A stretch of DNA of 64,000 bases from NCBI GenBank assembly GCA_963748015.1, contig CAVVHE010000004.1, positions 1,632,001 to 1,696,000 on the forward strand. Direction: 5' to 3'. Both the position numbers and the translations under genes were made by a program. This DNA comes from Terriglobia bacterium (GTDB lineage: Bacteria > Acidobacteriota > Polarisedimenticolia > Polarisedimenticolales > JAIQFR01). The notes beneath the pieces were generated by a model, which saw only the letters and a program-made list of their open reading frames with translations, was not told where the DNA came from and ran no database searches. Of this stretch, positions 31,503 through 42,081 are shown piece after piece (position 1 is the first letter of the stretch; the number at the start of each line of letters is the position of its first letter).

Positions 31503-34500
31503 ATGAGCACCTTCGGAACCAACATCGGCTACGTTGACGAGCTCTATGCCCGCTATCTCGTGAACCCCGAGTCGGTGAGCGAAGCGTGGCGGGAGTTCTT
31601 CGCGGACTACCGCCCCTCCGCGGCCACCCCCGCGCCTCCGCCGGCGAGCGCCGCCGGCGCCGCGTTGCCTCCCCCGGTCCCGCGCGTCCCGATGGCGGAG
31701 CCGCCGCCGGGGGCCGAGCTGCTCGCGGGAGCGCCCGCGCGGATCGCCCAGAACATGGAGGCCAGCCTCGCGGTCCCGACGGCGACCTCGGTCCGCACCA
31801 TCCCGGTGAAGCTTCTCGAGGAGAACCGCCGCCTGATCAACCAGAGCCGCTCCGCGCACGCGCGGTCCAAGGTGTCGTTCACCCACCTGATCGCGTGGGC
31901 GGTGGTCCGGGCCGTCGAGCGGCACCCGGCGATGAACGCCCGCTTCGCCGAGGCGGGCGGAAAGCTCTACCGCGTGCCGGGCGACCGGATCCACGTCGGC
32001 CTGGCGATCGACCTCGAGAAGCGCGGCGAGCGCGTCCTCCTCGTGCCCTGTCTCAAGGACGCCCAGGGGCTCGACTTCCCGTCGTTCCTCGCCGCCTACG
32101 ACGACCTGGTCGCCCGCGCGCGCATGGGCCGACTCGCGGTCGAGGATTTCGAGGGGACGTCGATCACGCTCACGAACCCCGGCACGATCGGCACCGCCCT
32201 CTCGGTCCCGCGCCTCATGGGCGGACAGGGAACGATCGTCGGCATCGGCGCGATCGGCTACCCGCCGCAGTACGCGGGAATGGCCGAGGGGATGATCGCC
32301 GAGATCGGACTGTCGAAGGTCATGACGGTCACGAGCACCTACGACCACCGGATCATCCAGGGCGCGGAGTCGGGAGCGTTCCTCGCGACGATCGAGGCGC
32401 TCCTCCTCGGCGAGAACGGCTTCTACGAGCGAATCTTTCGCGAGGTGGAGGTCCCGCACGAGCCCGTGCGCTGGTCCGCCGACCGGGGCACGGGGCCGGC
32501 CGCCCCCGCCGCGTCCGGCGAGGCGGTGGAGAAGCAGGCCAGGGCCATCCAGCTCATCCGGTCGTACCGGGTGCGAGGCCACCTCGCCGCGCACCTCGAC
32601 CCGCTCGGCGCCGAGCCGGCGCCCCAGCCGGAGCTCGAGCCGACCGAGTACGGGTTCACGCTGTGGGATCTCGACCGGCGGTTCATCGCGGGAGGGCTCG
32701 CGGGCGAGACCGGCCTTCTTCCGCTGCGGGAGATTCTCGACATCCTCCGGGAGACGTACTGCCGTCACGTGGGCGTCGAGTTCTACCACATCCCCGAGCC
32801 GGAGGTCCGGCGCTGGCTCGAGGAGCGGATGGAGCGCACGAGAAACGCGGAGCCGCTCTCCCGCGAGCTGCAGTCGCGAATCCTCGAGAAGCTCAACGCG
32901 GCCGAGGCCTTCGAGCGCTTCCTCCACTCGGCCTACGTCGGCCACAAGCGGTTCTCGCTCGAGGGCGCCGAGACGCTGATCCCGGTCCTCGACGCTCTCT
33001 TGAGCGACGCCGTGGAGGCCGGCATCGAGCAGGCCGTCGTCGGAATGGCCCACCGCGGACGGCTGAACGTCCTGGCGAACGTCGTCGGGAAATCGTACGG
33101 CGCGATCTTCCGGGAGTTCGAGGGGACGGTGGACCCGCAGAGCACCCAGGGCTCCGGCGACGTGAAGTACCACCTCGGCGCGCGAGGGGTGCACCGGGCG
33201 CCCGGCGGCCGCGCGCTCGACCTCGTCCTCGCGTCGAACCCGAGCCACCTCGAGGCGGTGGATCCGGTGGTCGAGGGGATGGCCCGCGCCCGGCAGGACC
33301 TCCTGGGCGACACCGTCACCCGGGCGAGAGTGCTCCCCGTGCTGGTCCATGGCGACGCGGCGTTCGCCGGCCAGGGGGTCGTGGCCGAGACCCTGAACCT
33401 CTCGCAGCTCTCGGGGTATCGCACCGGCGGGACCGTCCACATCGTGGTGAACAACCAGATCGGCTTCACCACCGGCCCCGCGGAGGCGCGATCTTCCCTG
33501 TACGCGACCGACGTCGCGAAGGCGGTCCGCGCCCCGATCTTCCACGTGAACGGCGACAATCCCGAGGATGCGGTCCGCGCCGTCCGCCTCGCTCTCGCGT
33601 TCCGGCTGCAGTTCCGCCGCGACGTCGTGGTCGACCTGGTCTGCTACAGGCGGTGGGGGCACAACGAGGGGGACGACCCGTCGTACACCCACCCGATCCT
33701 CTACGCCAAGATCGAGAAGCACCGGTCGGTGCGCAAGCTCTACACCGAGCAGCTGCTGCGGCGGGGCGACCTCGGCCCCGGCGAGGCGGAGGCGGCGCTG
33801 CAGGACTTCCGGGAGCGGCTCGACCGGACGTTCGAGGAGGTGCGCCGGGCGAAGGCCGAGCCGGAGGCCACGGCCAGGGAGGAGCTGGAGGCGGTCGAGG
33901 GGATCGCGCGCCCGCACTCGGAGACGTCCGTCCCGCGCGGAACGCTCGAGAAGGTGCTCGAGGGCCTCGACCGCGTGCCGGCGGGATTCGAGGTCCACCC
34001 CAAGCTCGCGAAGCAGCTCGCGAAGCGCGCGGACGAGTTCGGCGGCGACCGGATCGACTGGGCCCTCGCGGAAGCCCTCGCGTTCGGCTCGCTCGTTCTC
34101 GAGGGAACGCCGGTCCGCCTGTCGGGGCAGGACAGCGGGCGCGGCACCTTCAGCCAGCGGCACGCGGTCCTCTACGACTACCGGACCGCGAAGCCCCACG
34201 CCCCGCTCTCCCACCTCGCCGCGGACCAGGGGCGATTCGAGGTCCACGACAGCCTCCTCTCGGAGTTCGCCGTGCTCGGCTTCGAGTACGGCTACAGCGT
34301 GGACGCCCCGGAGACGCTGGTTCTATGGGAAGCGCAGTTCGGGGACTTCGCGAACGGCGCGCAGGTCATCATCGACCAGTTCATCGCCGCCTCCGAGGAG
34401 AAGTGGGGCCAGGCGAGCGGCGTGGTCCTGCTCCTCCCCCACGGCCACGAGGGGCAGGGACCCGAGCACTCGAGCGCCAGGCTCGAGCGCTTCCTGCAGC

Positions 34501-35108
34501 TTTGCGCCCGCGGGAACATCCAGGTCGCCTGTCCGACGACTCCCGCGCAGTACTTCCACCTGCTGAGGCGGCAGGTGCGGCGGCCGGAGAGGAAGCCCCT
34601 CGTGGTGCTCACGCCGAAGAGCCTGCTGCGGCACCGGGACGCCGTCTCCCCCGCCGCGGCGCTCTCGAGCGGGACCTTCGAGGAGATCCTCGACGACGCG
34701 TCGATCGCCGACCCGTCCCGCGTCCACCGGGTACTCCTCGCGTCGGGGAAGGTCTTCTACGACCTCGAAGCGCACCGGCGGGAGTCGGCGCCCCAGGGCA
34801 CCGCGATCGTCCGGATCGAGCAGCTCTACCCCTTCCCCACCGAGCAGCTCGGCGCGGTCCTCGATCGCTATCCCGCCGCGTCCGACCTGGTGTGGGTCCA
34901 GGAGGAGCCGCGGAACATGGGAGCCTGGGCCTTCGTGGCGGAGCGGGCTCCGGCCGCCTTTCCGGAACGGCTCGCGCTCCGCTACGCCGGCCGGCCGAGG
35001 AACGCGAGCCCCGCGACCGGCTCGTACAAGCGGCACCTCGCCGAGCAGCGGACGCTCGTCGCGGACGCGTTCGGGGAGAAGCCTGCGCCGTCCAAGGTCG
35101 GGAACTGA
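31503..35108 (+). CDS. sucA: Multifunctional 2-oxoglutarate dehydrogenase E1 with N-terminal E2 acyltransferase domain (Kgd/OdhA type)
   Basis: E2 motif TYDHRIIQGA; E1 motifs KRFSLEG, GMAHRGRLN, HGDAAFAGQG, WEAQFGDF and GQGPEHSS; start MSTFGTN. Confidence 0.93.
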   Translation: MSTFGTNIGYVDELYARYLVNPESVSEAWREFFADYRPSAATPAPPPASAAGAALPPPVPRVPMAEPPPGAELLAGAPARIAQNMEASLAVPTATSVRTIPVKLLEENRRLINQSRSAHARSKVSFTHLIAWAVVRAVERHPAMNARFAEAGGKLYRVPGDRIHVGLAIDLEKRGERVLLVPCLKDAQGLDFPSFLAAYDDLVARARMGRLAVEDFEGTSITLTNPGTIGTALSVPRLMGGQGTIVGIGAIGYPPQYAGMAEGMIAEIGLSKVMTVTSTYDHRIIQGAESGAFLATIEALLLGENGFYERIFREVEVPHEPVRWSADRGTGPAAPAASGEAVEKQARAIQLIRSYRVRGHLAAHLDPLGAEPAPQPELEPTEYGFTLWDLDRRFIAGGLAGETGLLPLREILDILRETYCRHVGVEFYHIPEPEVRRWLEERMERTRNAEPLSRELQSRILEKLNAAEAFERFLHSAYVGHKRFSLEGAETLIPVLDALLSDAVEAGIEQAVVGMAHRGRLNVLANVVGKSYGAIFREFEGTVDPQSTQGSGDVKYHLGARGVHRAPGGRALDLVLASNPSHLEAVDPVVEGMARARQDLLGDTVTRARVLPVLVHGDAAFAGQGVVAETLNLSQLSGYRTGGTVHIVVNNQIGFTTGPAEARSSLYATDVAKAVRAPIFHVNGDNPEDAVRAVRLALAFRLQFRRDVVVDLVCYRRWGHNEGDDPSYTHPILYAKIEKHRSVRKLYTEQLLRRGDLGPGEAEAALQDFRERLDRTFEEVRRAKAEPEATAREELEAVEGIARPHSETSVPRGTLEKVLEGLDRVPAGFEVHPKLAKQLAKRADEFGGDRIDWALAEALAFGSLVLEGTPVRLSGQDSGRGTFSQRHAVLYDYRTAKPHAPLSHLAADQGRFEVHDSLLSEFAVLGFEYGYSVDAPETLVLWEAQFGDFANGAQVIIDQFIAASEEKWGQASGVVLLLPHGHEGQGPEHSSARLERFLQLCARGNIQVACPTTPAQYFHLLRRQVRRPERKPLVVLTPKSLLRHRDAVSPAAALSSGTFEEILDDASIADPSRVHRVLLASGKVFYDLEAHRRESAPQGTAIVRIEQLYPFPTEQLGAVLDRYPAASDLVWVQEEPRNMGAWAFVAERAPAAFPERLALRYAGRPRNASPATGSYKRHLAEQRTLVADAFGEKPAPSKVGN

Positions 35109-35118
35109 CGGAAACCGC

Positions 35119-35925
35119 TCAGACGACGAGCGCGGCGAACGCGATCGCCGCGAAGGCGGACGCGACCCACGCCTCGCGCCAGCCGAGCGCCCTCACGTTC
35201 TCGGGGGGCGACGCGAGCCCCCACGCCGTGCGCAGGAGCGCGGGAACGAAGGCGAGCGTCGCGGCCGCTGGGATCCACCCCGCCGCCCAGAGCGACGCGA
35301 TCGCGGCCCCGATCCCCGCGTGAGAGAGGAGGCAGGCCGCGATCGCGGCCCGCCGGTCCGCCTTGAGACGCGAGAACGCCCGGACGAACGCAACCGTCGA
35401 GAGAAAGTAGGAGAGGCAGAGCAGAGCCAGCCCCGCGCCCTGCCCGTCCGGCGGGCGTCCGGCGAACGCCATCACGAGGGGGGCGCCGCCCGCGAGCCCC
35501 GCCATGCCGACGACCTCGCCGCCGAGCGTGCGGTCCCACCGGGCGAGCGCGAGCGAGGCGTGGACGGTTCCGAGGACCAGGATCACGCCCCCGACCGCGA
35601 GCGCCCCGGGGCGCGCCGGCGGCTCGGCCGCCGCCCACGCGAAAGCGAACCCGGCGGCGGATCCGGCGAGGTAGACCGACGTCCACGCCGCGCGTCGGCG
35701 CAGGTAGCCGGGGGGCGACGCCTTGCCGCTGGCGACCCGCGCGGCGGCCGGCACCGCCACGAAGCGGGCGAGGAACAAAAGCGTCATCGAGGGAACGAGC
35801 AGCAACGTCGCGGCCACCGGGCGCCCCGCGGCGGCGAATCCGAGGAGCAGCGGGATCGCGAGCATCGCCCACGCCCCGTGCTCGTGCGGCAGGGGCGGCG
35901 GGCCGAATGCGCGGGTTCCCTCCAA
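35119..35925 (-). CDS. YwiC-like membrane protein
   Basis: LPHEHGAWAML N-terminal motif, multi-pass membrane, LGWRE near the C-terminus. Confidence 0.75.
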   Translation of the reverse strand: MEGTRAFGPPPLPHEHGAWAMLAIPLLLGFAAAGRPVAATLLLVPSMTLLFLARFVAVPAAARVASGKASPPGYLRRRAAWTSVYLAGSAAGFAFAWAAAEPPARPGALAVGGVILVLGTVHASLALARWDRTLGGEVVGMAGLAGGAPLVMAFAGRPPDGQGAGLALLCLSYFLSTVAFVRAFSRLKADRRAAIAACLLSHAGIGAAIASLWAAGWIPAAATLAFVPALLRTAWGLASPPENVRALGWREAWVASAFAAIAFAALVV

Positions 35926-35961
35926 GAGCCCCTCCCGTCTCGTTCCGCGGTGCGCGCCGCG

Positions 35962-38900
35962 TCAGATCTCGGCCGAGGCCTTCCTCTCCCGCCCGCCGAG
36001 GAACCACAACCACCGTCCCAGCTTCTCCTGCAGCCCCTCCATGTACGTGTAGAACACCGGCGTCACGAAGAGGGTCAGCGACTGGGAAACGAGCAGGCCT
36101 CCGACGACGGCCAGGCCGAGCGGGCGCCGCGCCTCGGCGCCGGCGCCGAGGCCGAGGGCGATCGGCAGCGTCCCGAACAGCGCGGCCATGGTGGTCATCA
36201 TGATCGGACGGAACCGCACGACGCACGCCTCGTAGATCGCGTCCGCGGGCTTCCTCCCTTCCTTGCGCTGCGTCTCGAGCGCGAAGTCGATCATGATGAT
36301 GCCGTTCTTCTTCACGAGGCCGACCAGCATGATGATGCCGACGAAGGCGTAGATGTTCAGGTCCACGCGGAAGATCAGCAGCGTGAGCAGCGCGCCCAGG
36401 CCGGCGAGCGGCAGCGCCGACAGGATCGTGAACGGGTGGATGAAGCTCTCGTACAGGATTCCCAGCACCATGTAGATCACGAGGATCGCCAGGACGAGCA
36501 GCAGCCCGAGCCCCTGCATCGAGGACTGGAACGCCTGCGCGGTTCCCTGGAACGACGCGCCGACGCTCGCCGGGAGCGTCGCGCGCGCCAGCCGGTCCAC
36601 CTCGTCGGTGGCCTGCCCGAGGGACACGCCGGGGCGCAGGTTGAACGAGAGCGTGACCGAGGGGACCTGTCCCGAGTGGTTGACCGTGAGCGGGCCGAGA
36701 CCCGGCCTCATCCCGACCAGGGAGTCCAGCGGCACGAGCTGTCCCGACGACGCTCGGACGTAGAGGAGCGAGAGGTCCGTGATGTCGGACTGGAACTCGG
36801 GCTTCATCTCCATGATGACCTGGTACTGCGTTGTTCGGGGCGAAGATCGTCGAGATCTGCCGGGTGCCGTACGCGGAGTAGAGCGCGTCCTCGATCTGCT
36901 GCGCGGTCACGCCGAGGGACGACGACTTGTCCCGGTCGATGTCGATGTCGATCTGCGGGTTCTTCAGCAGGAGGTCGGTGCTGACGTCCACCAGCATCGG
37001 GTGGGCGCGCATCTTCGCCTCGAGGAGGGGCGCCACCCGGAACAGCTCCGCGGTGTCGGGGCCGGTCAGCGTGACCTGGTACTGGCTGCGCGTCTGCCGC
37101 CCGCCCACCTGGATCGCGGGGGGCGACTGCACGAACACCCTGAGCCCCGGGATCGCTGACGAGCTTCGGCCGCAGCGCCTCGACGACCTCGTCGGCGGAG
37201 AGGGTCCTCTCGCGCCTCGGCTTCAGCCGCGCGAAGAAGAACCCGGTGTTCGAAGCCCCCATGCCCCCGCGCCCCCCCGCCGAGGACATGAACGCCTCGA
37301 TGTTCGGATCGCCGCGGAGCACCTCCGCGACCAGCTGCTGGTGCTCGACCATGGCGTCGAAGGAGATCCCCTCGATCGCCTCGACCTGGCCGAAGATCTG
37401 CCCGATGTCCGTTGAGGGGATGAACCCCTTGGGCACCGCGACGAACAGCGCCCCGGTCAGCACGGTGATGACGAGCGTTCCGAACATCATGGTGCGCCGG
37501 TGAGCGAGCGACCACTTGAGGCCTCGCTCGTAGGCGGCCAGCATGCCGGCGAAGAAGCGCTCGAAGACGTTGTACAGCGCGTTGTGGACGACCTCCGCGG
37601 GCGGGCGGATGAAGCGCGACGAGAGCATCGGCGTCAGCGTCAGCGCCACGAACCCCGAGATGAGCACCGACAGGCCGATGACCACGGAGAACTCGCGGAA
37701 CAGCCGGCCGACGATCCCTCCCATGAAGAGCACCGGGATGAACACCGCCGCGAGCGAGAGGGTCATGGACACGATGGTGAAGCCGATCTCGCGGGCGCCG
37801 TCCAGCGCCGCCCGGAAGGGCTCCTTCCCCATCTCCATGTGGCGGACGATGTTCTCGAGCATGACGATGGCGTCGTCGACCACGAAGCCCACCGACAGCG
37901 TCAGCGCCATCAGCGAGAGGTTGTCGAGGGAGTAGCCGAGCAGCTGCATGACCGCGAAGGTGCCGACGATGGACATCGGCATCGCGAGCGAGGGGATCAC
38001 GGTCGCGGAGAGGTTGCGCAGGAACAGGAAGATCACCAGCACGACCAGGACCAGGGTAATGAGGAGCGTCGCCTTGACGTCGTTGACCGACTCGTCGATC
38101 GACAGCGACCGGTCGAAGAGCACGTCGAGGGAGACGCTGGCGGGAAGCTGGCGCTGGAACGTGGGAAGGAGCTGCTTCACCTTTCCTGCGACCTCGACGG
38201 TGTTGGTTCCGGGCTGGCGTTGGATGGCCAGGACGACTCCGCGCTGGTTCACGAACCACGCCGCGGTCTTGTTGTTCTCGACGCCGTCCACGACGTCGCC
38301 CAGCTCGTCGAGGCGGATCGGCTTGCCGGCGCGGTAGGCCACGACCAGCGGCCGGTAGGCGGCGGCGCGGGTGAGCTGCCCCCGCGTCATGATCGTGTAG
38401 GCCTTGTCCGGGCCGTAGAGGATGCCGCTCGGGAGATTGACGTTGCCGGTGCGCACCGCCTGCGACACCTCGTCGATCCCGAGCCCGCGGGTCGCGAGCG
38501 CCCGCGGGTCGAGCTGGATGCGGACGGCGTACTTCTGCGCGCCGTAGACCAGCACCTGCGCCACCCCCGACACCGTCGAGATCCGCTGCGCCATCATCGT
38601 CTCGCCGTACTCGTTCAGCTCGTAGAGGGGCAGCGTCGGCGAAGTGAGGGCCACGAACAGGATCGGCTGATCGGCCGGGTTCACCTTCTGGTACGTGGGG
38701 GGGAAAGGCATGTCCCGCGGGAGCTGCCGGTTCGCCCGCGCGATCGCGGCCTGCACGTCCTGGGCGGCGGCGTCGATGTTGCGGCTCAGGTTGAACTGCA
38801 GGACGATGTTCGTGCTCCCCAGGGCGCTCGAGGAGGTCATCGTGTCCACGCCGGCGATGGTGGAGAACTCCTTCTCGAGCGGCGTGGCCACCGAGGAGGC

Positions 38901-39077
38901 CATGGTCTCCGGATTGGCACCCGGGAGCGACGCGGACACGGAGATCGTCGGGAAGTCCACGTTGGGGAGGTCGCTCACCGGAAGCAGCCTGTAGGCCATC
39001 ATCCCGAAGATGAGGATCCCCGCCATGACGATCGCCGTCATGACGGGGCGGCGGATGAAGAGCTCGGAGAAGCTCAT
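35962..39077 (-). pseudogene. RND efflux permease (MdtB/MdtC-like) with two apparent +1 frameshifts (pseudogene or sequence error)
   Basis: FIRRPV start, VVDDAIVMLEN, GLVKKNGI and RFRPIMMT. Removing one base near 37160 and one near 36829 restores PKLSAIPGLRVF and APNNQYQVIME. Confidence 0.85.
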
Positions 39078-40204
39078 GACGGCTTGCCTCCCGCGCTCGG
39101 CCCTTCCTTCACGGCCACGCGCGACCCCTGCACGAGGCGGATCTGCCCGTCCGTGACCACCGTCTCGCCGGCATCGAGGCCTTCGGCGATCACCGCGTCG
39201 ACCTCGTCCATCCGAGCGACCTTGACGGGACGAAGCTCCACCGTCGCGTCCCCCTTCACGACGAAGACGTACTGGCCCTGCTGCCCGCTCTGGACCGCCG
39301 TTGCCGGCGCGACGATCCGGTCCGGCTCCTCCCCGAGCGTCACGACCACGTCCACGAACTCTCCCGGCCACAGCCTCTCGTCGTCGTTGGGGAAGGTGCC
39401 CTTGAGGAGAATGGTGCTGGTGGACATGTCCACGGTGTTGTCCATGAAGGAAAGCGTGCCGTTCGACGCATCATCGGAGCCTCCCGGCGCGATCGCGCGG
39501 ACCGGGATCCTCTCTCCCCTTCGCTGCCGGATCGCCGGGACGAACTGCGCGGGGACCGAGAATGCGACGTAGATCGGGCGGGTCTGGTTCACCACGACGA
39601 GAGGGGTGTCGTCGTTGGCCTTGACGAGATTCCCCGGCTTGACGTTCAGGTTCCCGGTGCGCCCGGAAACCGGTGCGGTGATGGTGCAGTAGGCGACCTG
39701 GAGACGCGCGTTGTCCACGTTCGCCTGGTCCGAGGCGACCACCGCCCGGAGCGAGTCCGCGCTCGCCACGGCGAAATCGTACTGCTCCTTGGTGACGAAG
39801 TCCTTCTTCACGAGATCGGCGTAGCGCTCGACGTCCGCGTCCGCCTTTCGCAGAAGCGCCTGGTCCCTGGCGAGCTGAGCCTCGGCCATGCGGCGCGCGG
39901 CATCAAAGGGGCGCGCGTCGATGACGAACAGGACGTCGCCGGCGCGAACGCTCTGCCCCTCCGTGAAACCGACCCGGGTCAGCTCGCCTCCGATCCGAGC
40001 GCGCAGGGAGACGTTGGCGATCGACTCGGCGTGGCCGATGGCGCGGAACTGCACGGGCACGGTCTTCCGGACCGCCTTGGCCACCGTCACGGGGACCGGA
40101 GGCTGCGCGCGCGGCGGCTCCTTACCGCCGCACGCGGCCAGGACCAAGGCGACGACGGGCACGAGGGCCGGGAGCAGGCGATTTCCGAGCGCGTTCGATC
40201 TCAT
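39074..40204 (-). CDS. RND efflux periplasmic adaptor (MFP), lipoprotein
   Basis: LAAC lipobox, EGQSVRAGDVLF, ITAPVSGRTG and LWPGEFV. Confidence 0.92.
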   Translation of the reverse strand: MRSNALGNRLLPALVPVVALVLAACGGKEPPRAQPPVPVTVAKAVRKTVPVQFRAIGHAESIANVSLRARIGGELTRVGFTEGQSVRAGDVLFVIDARPFDAARRMAEAQLARDQALLRKADADVERYADLVKKDFVTKEQYDFAVASADSLRAVVASDQANVDNARLQVAYCTITAPVSGRTGNLNVKPGNLVKANDDTPLVVVNQTRPIYVAFSVPAQFVPAIRQRRGERIPVRAIAPGGSDDASNGTLSFMDNTVDMSTSTILLKGTFPNDDERLWPGEFVDVVVTLGEEPDRIVAPATAVQSGQQGQYVFVVKGDATVELRPVKVARMDEVDAVIAEGLDAGETVVTDGQIRLVQGSRVAVKEGPSAGGKPS

Positions 40205-41709
40205 GGTGTTCCTCTCGTGGACCCGTCGGTGGACGGGGCTACCGTTCCGCTTGTCGCGGCGGGAGGCCAGAGCGTCCCCGTGTCATGAGCGAGGCGGGCG
40301 AGAGCCAGGAGCCACTCGACGCGCGCGCCGACCTGCTCCGCCCTGGCGGACGACAGCCCGGCCTGGGCCACGAGGAGGTCGATGATGTTCCCGACCCCCG
40401 CCTTGTAACGGCCCAGGGCGACCTCGTTCGACTGCGTCGCGCTGGCGAGGAGGTCCGCCGCGGTCCTCTGCTTCTGCTCCGCGGTCCGGAGGGCGTAGTA
40501 GCTGCTCCAGACCTGGTAGACCGCCTGTTGCCGGAGCGTCTCGAGCGACGCGCGGGACCTGTCGGCGTCGGCCTCCGACTGGAGCTCCTTGTAGTGCTGC
40601 GAGAAGCCGGTGAAGAGCGGGAACCTCAGGAACAGTCCGGCGGCGTAAGTGTCCTGGTACGGCTCGCCGCCGTCGTACCAGACCCGCCCGAGCTGACCCG
40701 AAAAGCCGAGCGAGGGCCACCGGTCGGACCGGACCTTCTTCACGTGGCTCTCCGCTTCCGCGACGAGGGAGCGAGCCGCCGCGAGATCCGGCCGCTGCTC
40801 CTGGGCGCGGACGATGATCGCGTCCACGTCCTTCGAGACCTGCACCACGGGGAGATCGTCGGGGGGAGGAGGAACGTCGATCGGGGTGTTCGCGGGAACG
40901 CCGACGGCGGTGGCGAGCGCTCCCCTCACCGTCTGGATCGCGCCCTCCACGGTCTCGAGCGCCAGCTCGGCCCGAGAGAGCGCCGTTCTCGCCTGCAGGA
41001 CGTCGGCGATGGTCGCGACCCCCGCCGCGTGGCGCCCCTCGGCGGCTTCGAGATTGGTGCGGGCCTCCCGCACGTCCGACTCGCGCGCCTCGAGCAGGGC
41101 CTTGGACTGGACGTAGAGGAAGTAGGTCTGCTGGACGGCGAGCACGACGTCCTGAATGGCGGCGTTGTGACTCCAGTCCGCTGCGATCAGCGCCTGCCGC
41201 GACTCCTCCACGGTCGCGCTCCTCCCGCCGACGTCGAACAGGAGGTAATCGAGGAGCAGCGTGGGACCGTAGCTCGTCTGCCGGAACGAGTCCCTTCCCC
41301 CGGACGTCGAGCCCTGCCTGCGGACCGCGCTCGCGTCGAGCTCGACGGTCGGGTAGTAGGCGCCGCGATCGCTGCCGTGCGCCGCGGCTGCGGAGCGCGC
41401 CGCCGCCCAGGTCCCCCGCGTGACCGGGCTGTTACGCAGCGCCAGGTCGATCAGCTGGCTCAGCGTGAAGCCCTCGGCCGCCTTGACGATGTCCGGCGGA
41501 ATCGCGGCCGGGGACGCGGCCACCGGAGGCGGCATCATGGTGCCGGGCGGAGGCGTCCACATTTCGCCGGGCGACGGCGAGGTACCCGGGCCGGTGCGCG
41601 TCTCGGACAGGGAGTGGGCGCACCCCGAGAGGAGGAGAGCCACGGCCACGACGGCGAGCGTTCCGGAATTCGATCGCATGCGCGGGTCTCCGATCCTGAA
41701 GCGAATCAC
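40201..41709 (-). CDS. TolC-family outer membrane efflux lipoprotein
   Basis: LSGC lipobox and two OEP repeats; start is GTG 41709 or ATG 41679. Confidence 0.88.
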   Translation of the reverse strand: MIRFRIGDPRMRSNSGTLAVVAVALLLSGCAHSLSETRTGPGTSPSPGEMWTPPPGTMMPPPVAASPAAIPPDIVKAAEGFTLSQLIDLALRNSPVTRGTWAAARSAAAAHGSDRGAYYPTVELDASAVRRQGSTSGGRDSFRQTSYGPTLLLDYLLFDVGGRSATVEESRQALIAADWSHNAAIQDVVLAVQQTYFLYVQSKALLEARESDVREARTNLEAAEGRHAAGVATIADVLQARTALSRAELALETVEGAIQTVRGALATAVGVPANTPIDVPPPPDDLPVVQVSKDVDAIIVRAQEQRPDLAAARSLVAEAESHVKKVRSDRWPSLGFSGQLGRVWYDGGEPYQDTYAAGLFLRFPLFTGFSQHYKELQSEADADRSRASLETLRQQAVYQVWSSYYALRTAEQKQRTAADLLASATQSNEVALGRYKAGVGNIIDLLVAQAGLSSARAEQVGARVEWLLALARLAHDTGTLWPPAATSGTVAPSTDGSTRGTP

Positions 41710-41904
41710 CGCGGCCTCGCGGACAGACTCCCGGGGCGGGCCATGCCTCGCCGGCTCTCCGCGCGCAGGCACGGGTCCCGGCGACGGCGATGGATGACCT
41801 GCACGATCTGGGCGACGATCGGCTGCACGCACCGCCTTGCCCGGATGCGGTCGAGGCACGGGTACGTGTTCAAGATCGTCAAGCCCCGACCCGAGCGGGC
41901 GTCT

Positions 41905-42070
41905 CCCATGGTGGACGTGAGATTGTGGGGTGGGCGAGAAAACCGATCCTGGTCGGTCGGGTCGCCCACCCTATGGGCTGCCGATTTCCGGATCTCGTGG
42001 AGATGCCGCGCTTTTTCCTCCGGAGTGCGGCGAGCCGCGGACCACCCCACAATCTCGCGTCCACCATGGG
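41905..42070. mobile_element. MITE (166 bp) sharing ends with the IS at 48721-50103
   Basis: 29-bp terminal IRs CCCATGGTGGACG(T/C)GAGATTGTGGGGTGG; CGTCT directly repeated at 41900-41904 and 42071-42075. Confidence 0.85.
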
Positions 42071-42081
42071 CGTCTCCCGGG

